A stretch of 64,000 bases of DNA from Promethearchaeota archaeon (GCA_016840165.1 JAEOSU010000050.1:1-64000); one strand, 5' to 3'. Counted from the first letter of the stretch, positions 19,285 to 30,375 are shown. Numbers and translations are program-made. Notes: generated by a model not told the origin, from the sequence alone.

Positions 19285-20698
19285 GGCTAAAAAAATGATG
19301 CACTCAACTTATCAAATATATAAAAAGAAGTTAAATCAGAGGGAGCGTACACATGCTAAAGTTCCGCAGTCAAACATTAGCCTGATTGCAACGATCATCG
19401 GTAACGTTTCTCATAATAATTTAAGAGAAGTAATCAAAAAAATGCAATTACGACATCCAATCTTGAACAGTCACTTAGACTCCAGAGGACGGGACGTTTT
19501 TTTGCTAGCAAACGAGGAAATTGACATCCCATTGAAGATAATCCCACGTGAAAGAGATGATCAATGGAAAGAAGTTATACTACAGGAGCATAAAATCCCA
19601 TTTGAAATGGTAAAAGGGCCTTTAATCAGATTTATCTTATTATATTCTGCTGAAATTTCTGATCTAATCATTTTCTGCCAACACACAATATGTGATGGAA
19701 TGTCTCTTGCTTATCTTGCACGAGATATAATTAACTATTTAGGTAATCCATCTGAAGAAGTTGAAATATTACCATCAGCTCCAGTAGTAGACGTAGATAA
19801 TATACCTTCTGAGATTAAACCTAGTCTTGCAATTCGTCTTTTAGCGAAAAAAATTATTAAAAAATGGGAAGAAAACGAAGTTCTTTTTAATTATGAGGAT
19901 TTCCAAGAGCTACACAAGGTCTTTTGGAAAAAATATACTTATAAAGCTCATTTATATGAACTTTCAAGCGAAGATACTAAAGCTTTGATACTTGCGTGTC
20001 GAAAGCAAGGAGTTACCGTTAATACAGCTTTAATTGCGGCTTTTGCCATAGCTCAGAATAAATTAAATCCAAAATCACCGAAATATTTAAGAAAATATGG
20101 GTCAGCTGTTGATTTAAGGAAAGATTTAATAAATCCCGTTGGAGAACAATTTGGATTTTTCGCTAGTGGCATTGAACTTAAATATAGATATTCAAGTAAG
20201 GATACACTTTGGGATGTAGCCAAAGAAATGTATAAAGAAGCTAATCCAGAAAATGCAAAAAAACAATCTTTGATTAAAACTTTAAGTGTTTTCGAATTAC
20301 CTTCCCCTTTAATGGAAGCCCAGTTATTTGCTGCTTTTGGTCATTTGATTCCCGCAAATTCACCAAGTTATAAAAAAATGCAGGCTTTCCTTAATGATGA
20401 TAAGAACCTTGCTGTTAAAATGGTTAAGAAAAAGCTTTCAAAAGGAATTGCTATGGCTCAAATTATGACAAATCTAGGGAAAATGGACTTTCCTAAAAAA
20501 TATGGGGACTTAATTTTAGAAAATCTGATACTAATGCCCTCCTGTTCACCTTATACCGAACTTGTACTTGGAGTAGTAACTCACGCAGGAAGCTTATCTA
20601 TAACTCTCAATCACATGGAAAGTACAATTAGCACCGAAAAAGTTTTAGAAATAAAAAATATCGCAAATAAACTCTTAATGAAGGCAATCAACAAGTAA
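19280..20698 (+). CDS. condensation-domain / alcohol acetyltransferase-like protein (start probably ATG 19280 or 19295, not TTG 19208)
   Basis: RHPIL, PFEMVKGPLIR, QHTICDGMS (HHxxxDG variant), GVTVN, VDLR, TNLG. Confidence 0.8.
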   Translation: MKAKKMMHSTYQIYKKKLNQRERTHAKVPQSNISLIATIIGNVSHNNLREVIKKMQLRHPILNSHLDSRGRDVFLLANEEIDIPLKIIPRERDDQWKEVILQEHKIPFEMVKGPLIRFILLYSAEISDLIIFCQHTICDGMSLAYLARDIINYLGNPSEEVEILPSAPVVDVDNIPSEIKPSLAIRLLAKKIIKKWEENEVLFNYEDFQELHKVFWKKYTYKAHLYELSSEDTKALILACRKQGVTVNTALIAAFAIAQNKLNPKSPKYLRKYGSAVDLRKDLINPVGEQFGFFASGIELKYRYSSKDTLWDVAKEMYKEANPENAKKQSLIKTLSVFELPSPLMEAQLFAAFGHLIPANSPSYKKMQAFLNDDKNLAVKMVKKKLSKGIAMAQIMTNLGKMDFPKKYGDLILENLILMPSCSPYTELVLGVVTHAGSLSITLNHMESTISTEKVLEIKNIANKLLMKAINK

Positions 20699-20709
20699 TT
20701 ATTAAATCC

Positions 20710-22083
20710 TTATTTTTTTTTATTATTATTTTTCATTTTAGGAATAATTTGGGGTACCATCTCACCCGCCTCTTTTATTTTTCTCTTAAGAGTCTCCGAA
20801 AGTTTCACTTTTATATATTGATAATTAGGATTTTCAATGAGATTATTTTTTTCATAAGGGTCATTTTTTAGGTCATATAACTCATCTTCAAAATATTTCT
20901 CACTTTTAGCAAATAAGAATCCGCTTTTTTCAGGATTCCTAACTGAATATTTCCATCTTTTTGTGCGAACTGCTCTCCCAATTCTTACCCTAAAACCACT
21001 AATTTGAATAAAAACCTCTTGAGGCCAAGATTTATTAGACCCATTTATTAGTTCCTGTAGGGGTCGACCTCTCATATATTTAGGTATAGGTAAATTGGCA
21101 CATTTTAAAATAGTAGGTGGGATATCGATTGTACTGACTAATTCTGAGATTACTTTCCCTCCTAAAAAATCTGCACCTTTGATAATTAAAGGTACTCTAA
21201 TAGATGCTTCATGACAAGACCTCTTATACTCTTCATTTCTAGTCTTAAAATGACAACCATGATCACTAAAATATATAGTTATTGTATTTTCTTCGAGATC
21301 TAATTCCTTCAACTTATTTCGAATTCGATTTAAATTACCATCTATACTATTACAGCATCCTAAATAATCTGGAAAATTTTCCTTCCAATCGCCTTCAGTT
21401 TCCTTTAAATCTCCAGGCACTTCAAAATCTTTAAATCTCTCCCTACTTCCTTTTGGCCCAATAAATTTTTCAAGATCATTTTGCTGATGAGGCTCTAAAT
21501 AGGAAAGATAGAGGAAAAAGGGGCTTTTATGACCATATTTATCCAAAAATTCAAGTGCATAATTGGTTAATGCATCAACTCTATATTCAGTGAATTCTAA
21601 TTTATTCATGTTTTCATCGAATAGATGACCTTCATAGGGATGGGAGGTATCTTCTAAGACATCTGCAGCTTTCCAAAAATCTTTATATCCTCCTCTCAAT
21701 TCTACTGGAATTGCTTTTTTCATAAAATCTTTATGTTCTCCTATATCTTCTCTAGAATCCCATACTGTAGATGCAAGATGCCATTTCCCAATATATGCCA
21801 CGCTATATCCTTTTTCGGAAAGATAATGTGCAATAGTCTTGCTTTCAGTGGGTAAAGCAATACCATTCCGATAGCATCCCGTTTCTGTAGCATATTTCCC
21901 AGTCTGGAGGATGGATCGTGTAGGTCCACATACTGGTTGATTAGAGAAAGCATGTTTAAAACATACTCCTTCTTCTGCTAAATGATCAAGATTTGGAGTG
22001 ATATTATGTTTCTGTCCATAGCACCCACAAGTATCAAATCTTTGCTGATCTGATAATATAAAAAGAATGTTAGGTTGTTCCAT
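20710..22083 (-). CDS. Cys-type sulfatase
   Basis: PNILFILSDQQR, CGPTR (CxPxR), GKWHL, SDHG, ELYDL..DPYE. Confidence 0.95.
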   Translation of the reverse strand: MEQPNILFILSDQQRFDTCGCYGQKHNITPNLDHLAEEGVCFKHAFSNQPVCGPTRSILQTGKYATETGCYRNGIALPTESKTIAHYLSEKGYSVAYIGKWHLASTVWDSREDIGEHKDFMKKAIPVELRGGYKDFWKAADVLEDTSHPYEGHLFDENMNKLEFTEYRVDALTNYALEFLDKYGHKSPFFLYLSYLEPHQQNDLEKFIGPKGSRERFKDFEVPGDLKETEGDWKENFPDYLGCCNSIDGNLNRIRNKLKELDLEENTITIYFSDHGCHFKTRNEEYKRSCHEASIRVPLIIKGADFLGGKVISELVSTIDIPPTILKCANLPIPKYMRGRPLQELINGSNKSWPQEVFIQISGFRVRIGRAVRTKRWKYSVRNPEKSGFLFAKSEKYFEDELYDLKNDPYEKNNLIENPNYQYIKVKLSETLKRKIKEAGEMVPQIIPKMKNNNKKK

Positions 22084-22116
22084 CTAAATACAAAAATAAA
22101 TTTAACAATATAAAAT

Positions 22117-23253
22117 TTATACTACTAAATAAGCTTCTTTTATTGCGGAACATCCTCCACATTTCACACAGCCTGCCTTGTTTTTTAAAGGATTTAAACC
22201 GTATTTCTTCATCAATTTAGCTGCTTCTAAATAAAGATTAATTAGTTCATCTACGTTTGTTGGAGGGAGCTCTTTTAACCCAGGTATAGATCTCACAGGT
22301 GTGATAAAAGGTATTACGCCCAATGAAATTACATTTTCGAGCTCTTTGATTAAATCCTCAAATGACTCACCAAAACCAGTGAGGATAAATGTTTCAACTT
22401 GATTTTTCCCAAAGATTTCGACACTTTTTCTCCAATTCTTCTCAAAAGTAGAATAAGAAATATGATATTTACCAGGAGTAATTAATTTTCTAATCTTATC
22501 ATTTAATGTTTCGATATGTATACCAATAGTGTCAGCACCTGCATCTTTTAATCGAGAAAGATACCCATCATCTTCTAAAGGTTCTATTTGTACGTGGAGT
22601 GGAAGATTTGGAAATGATTTCTTTATCTCTTTTAATAATTCAATATAGCGTTTAGCACCTTTATCATCACCCTCCTCAGTTCCACTTGTCAATGTCATAT
22701 GATTACATCTTCCTTCTTTTTTAGCAGCTTGGATCACTTCAATCATCTGTTGGGGAGTTTTCTCTAGAATTGTATTATCCTGAGCTAAACTTAGTTCAAT
22801 GCCGCAAAAGGCGCATGCCTCTCCACAAGCCCAGTATTTACATTTCTGATAAATGGTACTTGCCAAACAATCAACACCATGTACTAATGCTATTTTTTTC
22901 ATTTGGATACCATCAGTAGTAACATAATCGGGGTTATAATAAAGAGGCTCATCCACTAATTTTAGTTTAGTGTATAAATTCTTATTTGCTTCATCAATAA
23001 CTTTAAGATAGTCTCCTTCTTTCTCACTAAGCACGAGATCAGTTTTGTTTTTATCATCCCATAATGCGACATTTACTAATGTATCGTTTCTGAATAAAAA
23101 ATAACGTCCTCCTAACGGACCTGCCCCTCCTTTGCGTCCAAAATCTATATTTATACCTTGTTCTTTATAGAAATCCCGCAAATTTTTATCAAGATATATT
23201 CCTTTACATAATAATTCTGTCTTTTTTGAAAAGACTTCTTTCATATTCCGCAT
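22117..23253 (-). CDS. radical SAM protein, MSMEG_0568-like
   Basis: GRKGGAGP, CKYWACGEACAFC, C-terminal AGCVKCGGCS. Confidence 0.85.
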   Translation of the reverse strand: MRNMKEVFSKKTELLCKGIYLDKNLRDFYKEQGINIDFGRKGGAGPLGGRYFLFRNDTLVNVALWDDKNKTDLVLSEKEGDYLKVIDEANKNLYTKLKLVDEPLYYNPDYVTTDGIQMKKIALVHGVDCLASTIYQKCKYWACGEACAFCGIELSLAQDNTILEKTPQQMIEVIQAAKKEGRCNHMTLTSGTEEGDDKGAKRYIELLKEIKKSFPNLPLHVQIEPLEDDGYLSRLKDAGADTIGIHIETLNDKIRKLITPGKYHISYSTFEKNWRKSVEIFGKNQVETFILTGFGESFEDLIKELENVISLGVIPFITPVRSIPGLKELPPTNVDELINLYLEAAKLMKKYGLNPLKNKAGCVKCGGCSAIKEAYLVV

Positions 23254-23381
23254 AAATTTTGGTCTAATATCTTAACATTTAATTAGTGTTATATCGAAAC
23301 TTTTCTATATTAATCTTAAAGTTCTTATGATTTTATTTTTAATTCTTATAACTAATTAGATTCAAAATGTAATGATTTTCT

Positions 23382-23819
23382 ATGTCAAAATTAGAAGATG
23401 TTATTAAAGCTTTCACTGGAGATTTTAACTGTGCTCAATCTATATTCGGCTCATATTGCATAAAATATGGATTAGATAAAGATACTGCTCTGAAAGTTGC
23501 TACCGGATTTGGTGGGGGAATGGGACGTAGTCAGAGGACCTGCGGTGCTGTTACGGGATCATACATGGTACTTGGATTAAAATATGGTATGGGGGAAAAA
23601 ATCAATATAGATGCAAAAGATAAGACGTATCAGTATATTAACGAATTCTCTAATCGTTTCAAGAAGCAATTCGGCTCACTTATATGCAAAGAGTTACTCG
23701 GATGTGATATAAATACTGATGAGGGAAAGGAATATTACGATCAGAATAATTTCTTTGAAAATAAATGTTTTCAATATGTAAAAAAAGCTGCAAAAATTTT
23801 GGATGAATTATTAGAATAA
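23382..23819 (+). CDS. C_GCAxxG_C_C family redox protein
   Basis: NCAQS, GFGGGMG, TCGAVTG, GSLICKEL, C. Confidence 0.92.
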   Translation: MSKLEDVIKAFTGDFNCAQSIFGSYCIKYGLDKDTALKVATGFGGGMGRSQRTCGAVTGSYMVLGLKYGMGEKINIDAKDKTYQYINEFSNRFKKQFGSLICKELLGCDINTDEGKEYYDQNNFFENKCFQYVKKAAKILDELLE

Positions 23820-23844
23820 ACTAACGGGATATTTTAAATCTAAA

Positions 23845-24012
23845 TTAACCTCCCATCCATCTTTCTAAATTAGCAACTTCCTCTTCATTTACTATTTGTG
23901 TAGGATGACCCGCATGTGCCCTATCGAATGCTAAAATCTCTTTAGAATTTTGATAATCATTTTCACGTATGGGAACATATTGTTTACATTTAAAACATAA
24001 TTTTACTTTCAT
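23845..24012 (-). CDS. 55-aa C2H2-type zinc-binding small protein
   Basis: Not in ORF track: MKVKLCFKCKQYVPIRENDYQNSKEILAFDRAHAGHPTQIVNEEEVANLERWMGG*. Confidence 0.75.
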   Translation of the reverse strand: MKVKLCFKCKQYVPIRENDYQNSKEILAFDRAHAGHPTQIVNEEEVANLERWMGG

Positions 24013-24224
24013 TGAGCTCACTTTAAATAATTAATATCTATACCATACCAATAAAATTTTAATAATTACGGGTATATAATTTTTTCGCTAAAAAATCTTA
24101 TTCACTATTTCATTAATTTGGAGTTGTAGATGACTTATCTAAAGTAAAATTTATTAAAAATGCTTGATTTCACAATCTAATAATTTAAAATATTAATAAT
24201 CTAATCTTTTTTGGTGATTAAAAA

Positions 24225-24851
24225 ATGGCACATCGTCGGCCTTGGAGATGCTACAGTTCATGGAATAGGCGTCCTTACCAGCACAAAAGGAGCAGTAACC
24301 ATCGAAGAGAATATGCACGTGGAGGTTCTCAGTCTAAAATTCAAAGATACTGGGGTGGTGCGAAGAATGTACCGTGGAAAGACTGGGATCTCGTGGTCGG
24401 TCTGAAAGTGGATAAGCAAGTACAAATCTCTTCAAATGCATTAGAAGCTATCCGCATTACGGTAAATGGTGCTCTACAAAAGAAGTTAGGTCGTACAAAT
24501 TACCGTTTTCGCGTACGATCAAAACCGTTTCAGAAGTATCGAGAAAATCGAATGCTGGCATTCGCGGGAGCAGATAGAGTACAATCAGGTATGAGAAATA
24601 GTTTTGGGCGATCTACAGGCGTGTGTGCTCGAGTTCGAGCGGGTTCCATTATCTGTGAGATTGGAACTCACATTAGAAATCTTCCTTTAGTACGAGATAG
24701 ATTACGAATTGCCTCCATGAAAGTACCATGCTCTTGTTCTATCGTCATCATTAAATATAAGAGTGAAGAACTTCTAAAGAAGTCTGGATTAATGCCATAC
24801 GATGCCAAGAAAAGAGAATTGATTCCATTATATGAATTAGCTTCTGCTTAA
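24225..24851 (+). CDS. rpl10e: 50S ribosomal protein uL16 (L10e)
   Basis: RPWRCY, QISSNALEAIR, ENRMLAFAGADRVQSGMRNSFG. Confidence 0.95.
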   Translation: MAHRRPWRCYSSWNRRPYQHKRSSNHRREYARGGSQSKIQRYWGGAKNVPWKDWDLVVGLKVDKQVQISSNALEAIRITVNGALQKKLGRTNYRFRVRSKPFQKYRENRMLAFAGADRVQSGMRNSFGRSTGVCARVRAGSIICEIGTHIRNLPLVRDRLRIASMKVPCSCSIVIIKYKSEELLKKSGLMPYDAKKRELIPLYELASA

Positions 24852-24965
24852 ACTGAATTTATTAAACAAGGTCATTTCCTCTATTACTTTTATCCTCTCA
24901 CCAATCATCCTTAATTATTTCGATTTTTATACATCTTAAAATTGATAATTTCATTCTAGAATAGT

Positions 24966-25979
24966 ATGAAAATTAAGGTCGGTCTAATAGGTGCTGGCGG
25001 ATTTGGAAATATCCATTTACAGGCATATGCTAAAAATCCTAATTGTGAAATCGTAGCTATTTCTTCACGTACGAAGATCCATGCTGAAAATGCAGCGCAA
25101 AGATTTTCAGTAGACAAAATTTATTTTGGAGATGATGGTTGGAAATCAATGATAAAAACAGAAGACTTAAATGCAGTAAGTGTTTCTACACCAAATTATC
25201 TTCATGCTCCAATGGTTTTAGAGGCTCTTCATAACGGTTTACATGTTTTATGTGAAAAACCCATATGTATTACTCGCAATGAGTTAGAAGAACTTGAACA
25301 AACGATTAACAAAACAGACCTTATCTTTGTCACATCTTTTCAAAAACGTTTTAATCCCGTTATATCTGTACTAAAATCGATTATAGATGCCGAAATTCTC
25401 GGAAAACTTATTAATGTAAAATACAATTTTAGCCATTTTGGGCCGTATACTTCTTGGAAAGCATTATCCGAGGAGAGATGGTTTTTTGACTCACGGATGG
25501 CAGGTGGAGGGGTATTATTAGATTTAGGGGTACATGGAATAGATCTTTTGCGATATTTAATTGGGGAGTATAAAGAAATTAACGGTGTAAACTCAAATAC
25601 GTCCTGTATTGATATGAAGGATGAGGATAATTGTAATGTTTTATTTAAATTTCAAAATGACACGTTAGGCATGATATCTGTCTCATGGTGTAATTACCCC
25701 TCCGAAATCATAGAACTTTATGGAAAGAAAGGAAATTTACGAATAGACTTCCGTTCAAAACGACCCATATCATTCCAACCAAGCTCTCTAAAAAAAAAGA
25801 AACTTATTAAAAAAGCTCTATCCATTAAAATACATTCTAATAATTATCAAGACAAGGTTATCAATCATTTCATTGATGCTATAATCAATAACGAACAGAA
25901 GCATCCTAATTTCTTGGATGGCAAAAGAGCAGTTGAATTTGTCCTCGAAGCATATAACATTTTAAGAAACCGAGAATAA
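24966..25979 (+). CDS. Gfo/Idh/MocA oxidoreductase
   Basis: GLIGAGGFG, HVLCEKP, GGGVLLDLGVH. Confidence 0.93.
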   Translation: MKIKVGLIGAGGFGNIHLQAYAKNPNCEIVAISSRTKIHAENAAQRFSVDKIYFGDDGWKSMIKTEDLNAVSVSTPNYLHAPMVLEALHNGLHVLCEKPICITRNELEELEQTINKTDLIFVTSFQKRFNPVISVLKSIIDAEILGKLINVKYNFSHFGPYTSWKALSEERWFFDSRMAGGGVLLDLGVHGIDLLRYLIGEYKEINGVNSNTSCIDMKDEDNCNVLFKFQNDTLGMISVSWCNYPSEIIELYGKKGNLRIDFRSKRPISFQPSSLKKKKLIKKALSIKIHSNNYQDKVINHFIDAIINNEQKHPNFLDGKRAVEFVLEAYNILRNRE

Positions 25980-26068
25980 GCTTTCAAAAAATCATACTCA
26001 ACTTTTTAATTATAACATTTTCATATATAATTATTATACCGAATTTATTTCAAATCTGAGGATCATTA

Positions 26069-27421
26069 TTGAAAAATCTCGAACCATTTTTTAATCCTAA
26101 AAGTGTATTAATCATTGGAGTATCGCGAAAAGCCCTCTCTTTCAGTTATACCGTTCTAAAGAACCTTTTAGAGATATTTTATCAAGGTAAATTGTATATT
26201 CTAAATCCAAACGCAAGTGAGATATTAGGAGTTAAGTCATATCATTCATTTGAAGATTTACCCGAGATTCCGGAATTAGCCGTAATAGTTCTTGGAAAAA
26301 ATATTGTTGAGATTGTCGAGAAATTAGGTCAAAAAGGAGTTAAGTATGTTGCTATTCAAACTGAACTCAAACCAGGAACGAATGTTAACCTCGTTCACTC
26401 TAAATTGAATGAGATATGTGAGAAATATGAGATCACTTATTTAGGCCCCTCGATGTTAGGTATAATAAATTTTATCGACAATTTCACTACTTCAATTATC
26501 CCAGTAAGACAGCACATAATGCGTGAAAACAAAAATATTAAGGAAGGAATTAGCTTTATAGCTCAATCTGGAGGGTTAGCTGGAGCATTAGGATGGTGGA
26601 CTCCATCTCAAAGGCTCCCAATCTCCAAAGTAATACATTTGGGGAAAGGGTACCATATTGATGAAGCCGATATTCTCGAATTTTTTCTAAATGATCCAAC
26701 AACCAAAGTTATTTCACTTTTCCTCCGAGAAATTACTCCTGAACTGATTGACGCGATAAAACAAATCTCTCCATTCAAACCAGTGCTTTTTTTTTACGTA
26801 GGAAAGGATGAAACAAGTGAAAAACAATTAGTCTCTTCGGGGGGAATCCCTGTACTAAATTATATCGAACTTTTTGAAATAGCGAAGATTTTTCTTTGGT
26901 GTCCAGAACCTAAAGGTACCAATTTGGGCATTATTGGACCAAGTTCAGGAGCAATTCATTTAATAGTAAAGGAAATGAGAAAACAAAATCTTAGTCTGGC
27001 AAAACCCAGTAATAATTCAAGAAACATTATTATTGATAAAATTGGAGGGAGTACATGCGCTTATGGTAATCCTGTTGATTATTGGCCTCCAGAGAAATTT
27101 ATTGGAATAAAAATCTGTGGTATTTATAATACATCAGCCGAAACTCTATTAAAAGATAATAATGTAGATGGTCTAATTTTAGCTCTTGAATTTTTCATTG
27201 AAATAGAATTTGATTTTAATATCTTCAAGGCACTTAAGGAGAAATATCCACTTAAACCGATTATAACCATATTAATTCAAGCAGAACACGAAGGAGCGAA
27301 ACGTGTAATCAAAGCTGCATCGGAATTGAAGATTCCTACATTTGATAACGAAGTAGAACGGGCAGTTCGAGGATTTCGACTATTATATGATTATTATTCT
27401 AGAATTAAAAAAAGAAAATAA
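26069..27421 (+). CDS. ADP-forming acyl-CoA synthetase alpha-like protein lacking the phospho-His loop
   Basis: FNPKSV, LGPS, AQSGGL, NPVD; no SHTG motif. Confidence 0.8.
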   Translation: MKNLEPFFNPKSVLIIGVSRKALSFSYTVLKNLLEIFYQGKLYILNPNASEILGVKSYHSFEDLPEIPELAVIVLGKNIVEIVEKLGQKGVKYVAIQTELKPGTNVNLVHSKLNEICEKYEITYLGPSMLGIINFIDNFTTSIIPVRQHIMRENKNIKEGISFIAQSGGLAGALGWWTPSQRLPISKVIHLGKGYHIDEADILEFFLNDPTTKVISLFLREITPELIDAIKQISPFKPVLFFYVGKDETSEKQLVSSGGIPVLNYIELFEIAKIFLWCPEPKGTNLGIIGPSSGAIHLIVKEMRKQNLSLAKPSNNSRNIIIDKIGGSTCAYGNPVDYWPPEKFIGIKICGIYNTSAETLLKDNNVDGLILALEFFIEIEFDFNIFKALKEKYPLKPIITILIQAEHEGAKRVIKAASELKIPTFDNEVERAVRGFRLLYDYYSRIKKRK

Positions 27422-27425
27422 ATGT

Positions 27426-28691
27426 TTAACTTAAGAATATATCTTTCAATTCTTCTGGAACTTCAGTGGAGTCGTCCATTAAAGAGATAGCATATATTTT
27501 CTCTCCACATTTGCATTCTTTTCCTTCAAACAAGTAAAATTTAAACTGATCTTGCCAATTGCTCACTTGAACTTCTGAAATTTCAACTATTTCTCCACAA
27601 AGACAATAAATAGCCATACTTTCAGAATAATTAGGGATAATCTCTTTGAATTCTTTAGGAGACTCTGAAAACTCTGATTCGTTTAAAATCTGATTAATTT
27701 TTTCAGATAAATCATCTCTTAGAGTAGGAACAAAGCTTTCAATAATCCCATCCTTAGCTTTTAATTCAGTTAATACGATAAAATTCTTTTCTGGTTTTTC
27801 CTTTTTGCCTTTTTCAACTACCGGTTCTTGATAATGCTTCAAATGTTCAGGGATTGGAAAAGGTTCCATACCTTCAGGGTATTCAAAACGATAAAAGTAC
27901 TGAGTTAAACCTCTAAGATCTCTCTTATTTATTAGTTTTAAATTCTCATAATCTCCACTATGGAGTACAAATTGAATCAATTCTAAAGGCACTTTCTCTT
28001 GAAGGAGCTTTGCTCTGATGTTATTTAGTAACTCTCCCACGAAACTTTTAAGTACCATGATATCTTCGCGATTTTGCGTATAGATTTCATTCTTATTTTC
28101 TTCTTTAAAGGCAGACCATTTCTTCAATACATAGCTCCTTAAAAATTGAGGAACCATACAAAAAACACATAAGATTGGAAATAAGAATAGAATATCAATA
28201 CTTAAAAATACAAGGATAAAAAGCAGAGCTAATAAAGGAACAGTTACCGCTAAGCTTAACCATCTTAACCTCTTATCAGGAGAAGTTTTAATCCCTTTCG
28301 CTTGGGCTATGCTTTCTGCATTTGATTTTAAATTGTATATAGTTTCTATAATCTTTTTATCTTCAAAACTCATCTTCAATAATTTATCCTCTTCATTTCC
28401 CTTATCTAGAGTTGCTACTTTATCAGATACTTTCTTCATATACTGGTTAGTAGCTTTCTCTTTATAAATAAAATCTAAAGTATCTTCAGATAGATAATCA
28501 ATAAAGCGAGCAATAAACAACTTTTCTTCTACATCTCTTACTTTCTCGGTACTTATTCCCAAAGATTCTTGTAGCGATTGTTGACGTGGCTTTTTAGATT
28601 TTTTTCTTGAGATCTTTGCTTTAACTCCTTGTTCCTCAGAAGTTTTTTGGTCTTCGTCGACTGTTTTTTCGTTTTCCGTCATAATAAACAT
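27426..28691 (-). CDS. 2-TM hypothetical protein with C-terminal CxC..CxC metal-binding region
   Basis: Central hydrophobic hairpin; YCLCGE, CKCGE. Confidence 0.75.
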   Translation of the reverse strand: MFIMTENEKTVDEDQKTSEEQGVKAKISRKKSKKPRQQSLQESLGISTEKVRDVEEKLFIARFIDYLSEDTLDFIYKEKATNQYMKKVSDKVATLDKGNEEDKLLKMSFEDKKIIETIYNLKSNAESIAQAKGIKTSPDKRLRWLSLAVTVPLLALLFILVFLSIDILFLFPILCVFCMVPQFLRSYVLKKWSAFKEENKNEIYTQNREDIMVLKSFVGELLNNIRAKLLQEKVPLELIQFVLHSGDYENLKLINKRDLRGLTQYFYRFEYPEGMEPFPIPEHLKHYQEPVVEKGKKEKPEKNFIVLTELKAKDGIIESFVPTLRDDLSEKINQILNESEFSESPKEFKEIIPNYSESMAIYCLCGEIVEISEVQVSNWQDQFKFYLFEGKECKCGEKIYAISLMDDSTEVPEELKDIFLS

Positions 28692-28892
28692 TCAAATGGT
28701 TATTAATTAGTTATTAATTAAAGTAAGATAATTAACTTTGTGAAAATTCTTCAGAAGTAAAATTAAATTCCCTCCTATAATTGAATGACACACTATCCTG
28801 TTCTACAAAGATATTTGTAATATTGCTCAGATAAAGCATGAGAACTTTTATATGTATTTTTGACTTAATTGTAAAATAAATAAAAAATTCTC

Positions 28893-29366
28893 ATGACCGA
28901 AGAAGGACAGGTGTATTTTCAAGATGCGTGGCCTAGTGAATTAGGGGTAGAATGTTTTGGGTGTGGCCGTAATAATGAAAATGGCCTGCAAATTAAGAGC
29001 TATTGGGAAGGTGATGAAGCTATTTGCGAGTGGCAACCCAAAGATTATCACAAGGCGTTTTTAAGAAATACATGTGGAGGTATCATCGCAACTGTAATTG
29101 ATTGCCATTGTACAAACACTGCCATTGCGTACGTTTACAAATTGGAAAATCGTAAATTAGGTACTAAACCAATACCTCTTTACGTAACAGGATCAATATC
29201 AGTAAAATTAATAAAACCAACCCCTTTGGGTCGGCCAATACGTTTTGTAGCAAGAATAAAGGAGATGACCGAGCGAAAAATTATAACTACTTGTGATGTA
29301 TTTTACCGCAAGAGAAAAACCGCCGAAGGAGAAGTGACTCTCATCAAATTGAAAATACAAAACTAA
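28893..29366 (+). CDS. PaaI-like hotdog thioesterase
   Basis: CFGCGRNNENGL, GGIIATVIDCH, KPTP. Confidence 0.88.
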   Translation: MTEEGQVYFQDAWPSELGVECFGCGRNNENGLQIKSYWEGDEAICEWQPKDYHKAFLRNTCGGIIATVIDCHCTNTAIAYVYKLENRKLGTKPIPLYVTGSISVKLIKPTPLGRPIRFVARIKEMTERKIITTCDVFYRKRKTAEGEVTLIKLKIQN

Positions 29367-29518
29367 ATTTGAAATTGCATAATATATCATTTAGCATTTC
29401 GACTTCTTTAGTTTTATAACGGATCGATTTATTTATATAAAAAATGGATTTTATATAGCACTCAAATCTTTCTAATAAAAATGATATTTTTAAATTTTTT
29501 TAGAACCCAACCTAAATT

Positions 29519-30355
29519 ATGAGTAAATCTACAATCTTAAGAACTGAAGTTCTTCTTGATGGTTTAAAATTCCCCGAAGGAACAAGATGGAAAGATGGAA
29601 AACTCTGGTTTTCTGATATGGAAGACCATAAGGTCCTTACAGTTGATATAGATGGAAATGTGGAAATCATTCTCGAGAGACCGAACCGCCTCTCGGGATT
29701 AGGATGGACTCCCGATGATAAATTACTAGTTGTTTCGATGGAAGATCGCAAAATACTATGCCTTGATGAGGATGGTATAAAAGAAGTCGCCGATCTAAGT
29801 ACACATGCGACCTTTTACTTAAATGATATGGTAGTTGATAAAAAGGGAAGAGCATATATCGGAAATTTCGGTTTTGATTATTTCAATAATGCAACATTCG
29901 TGCCAGCGGAATTAATCCTTGTATATCCTGATGGGAGTTACAAAATTGTTGCTGAAGACATGGCATTTCCTAACGGCACGGTAATCACTCCCGATGGGAA
30001 GACTCTTATAACTGGAGAGACATTTGCAGCAAGACTAACTGCTTTTGATATTAAGGAGGACGGAACTTTGAATAATCGACGTGTATGGGCTAACTTAAGA
30101 TCTTTAGCACCAGATGGGATATGTCTTGATGAGGAGGGAGGCATCTGGCTTGCAGCACCTGGTCGACATCGGGTTGTTCGAGTTTTAGAAGGAGGAAAAA
30201 TTACGCATATAGTAAAGTTGGAAAATGATGCCTATGCTTGCATGCTCGGTGGTAAAAGTAATACAACGCTATTTATTGCTACCTCCACTCATTCAAGAGA
30301 TCAAGGACGTATTGAATATGTAGAAGTGGAGATTCCTAAAGCTGGACTTCCATAA
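29519..30355 (+). CDS. SMP-30/gluconolactonase family protein
   Basis: FPEGTRW, LNDMVVD, FPNG, PDGICLD. Confidence 0.93.
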   Translation: MSKSTILRTEVLLDGLKFPEGTRWKDGKLWFSDMEDHKVLTVDIDGNVEIILERPNRLSGLGWTPDDKLLVVSMEDRKILCLDEDGIKEVADLSTHATFYLNDMVVDKKGRAYIGNFGFDYFNNATFVPAELILVYPDGSYKIVAEDMAFPNGTVITPDGKTLITGETFAARLTAFDIKEDGTLNNRRVWANLRSLAPDGICLDEEGGIWLAAPGRHRVVRVLEGGKITHIVKLENDAYACMLGGKSNTTLFIATSTHSRDQGRIEYVEVEIPKAGLP

Positions 30356-30375
30356 TTTTGATATAAACAAATTTT

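Noticed and set aside
20710-23253. Radical SAM gene as an anaerobic sulfatase maturase for the adjacent sulfatase
   Set aside because: It lacks the SPASM/anSME architecture and looks MSMEG_0568-like; adjacency alone is insufficient
24211-24405. 64-aa ORF overlapping rpl10e
   Set aside because: Alternate frame of a conserved ribosomal gene
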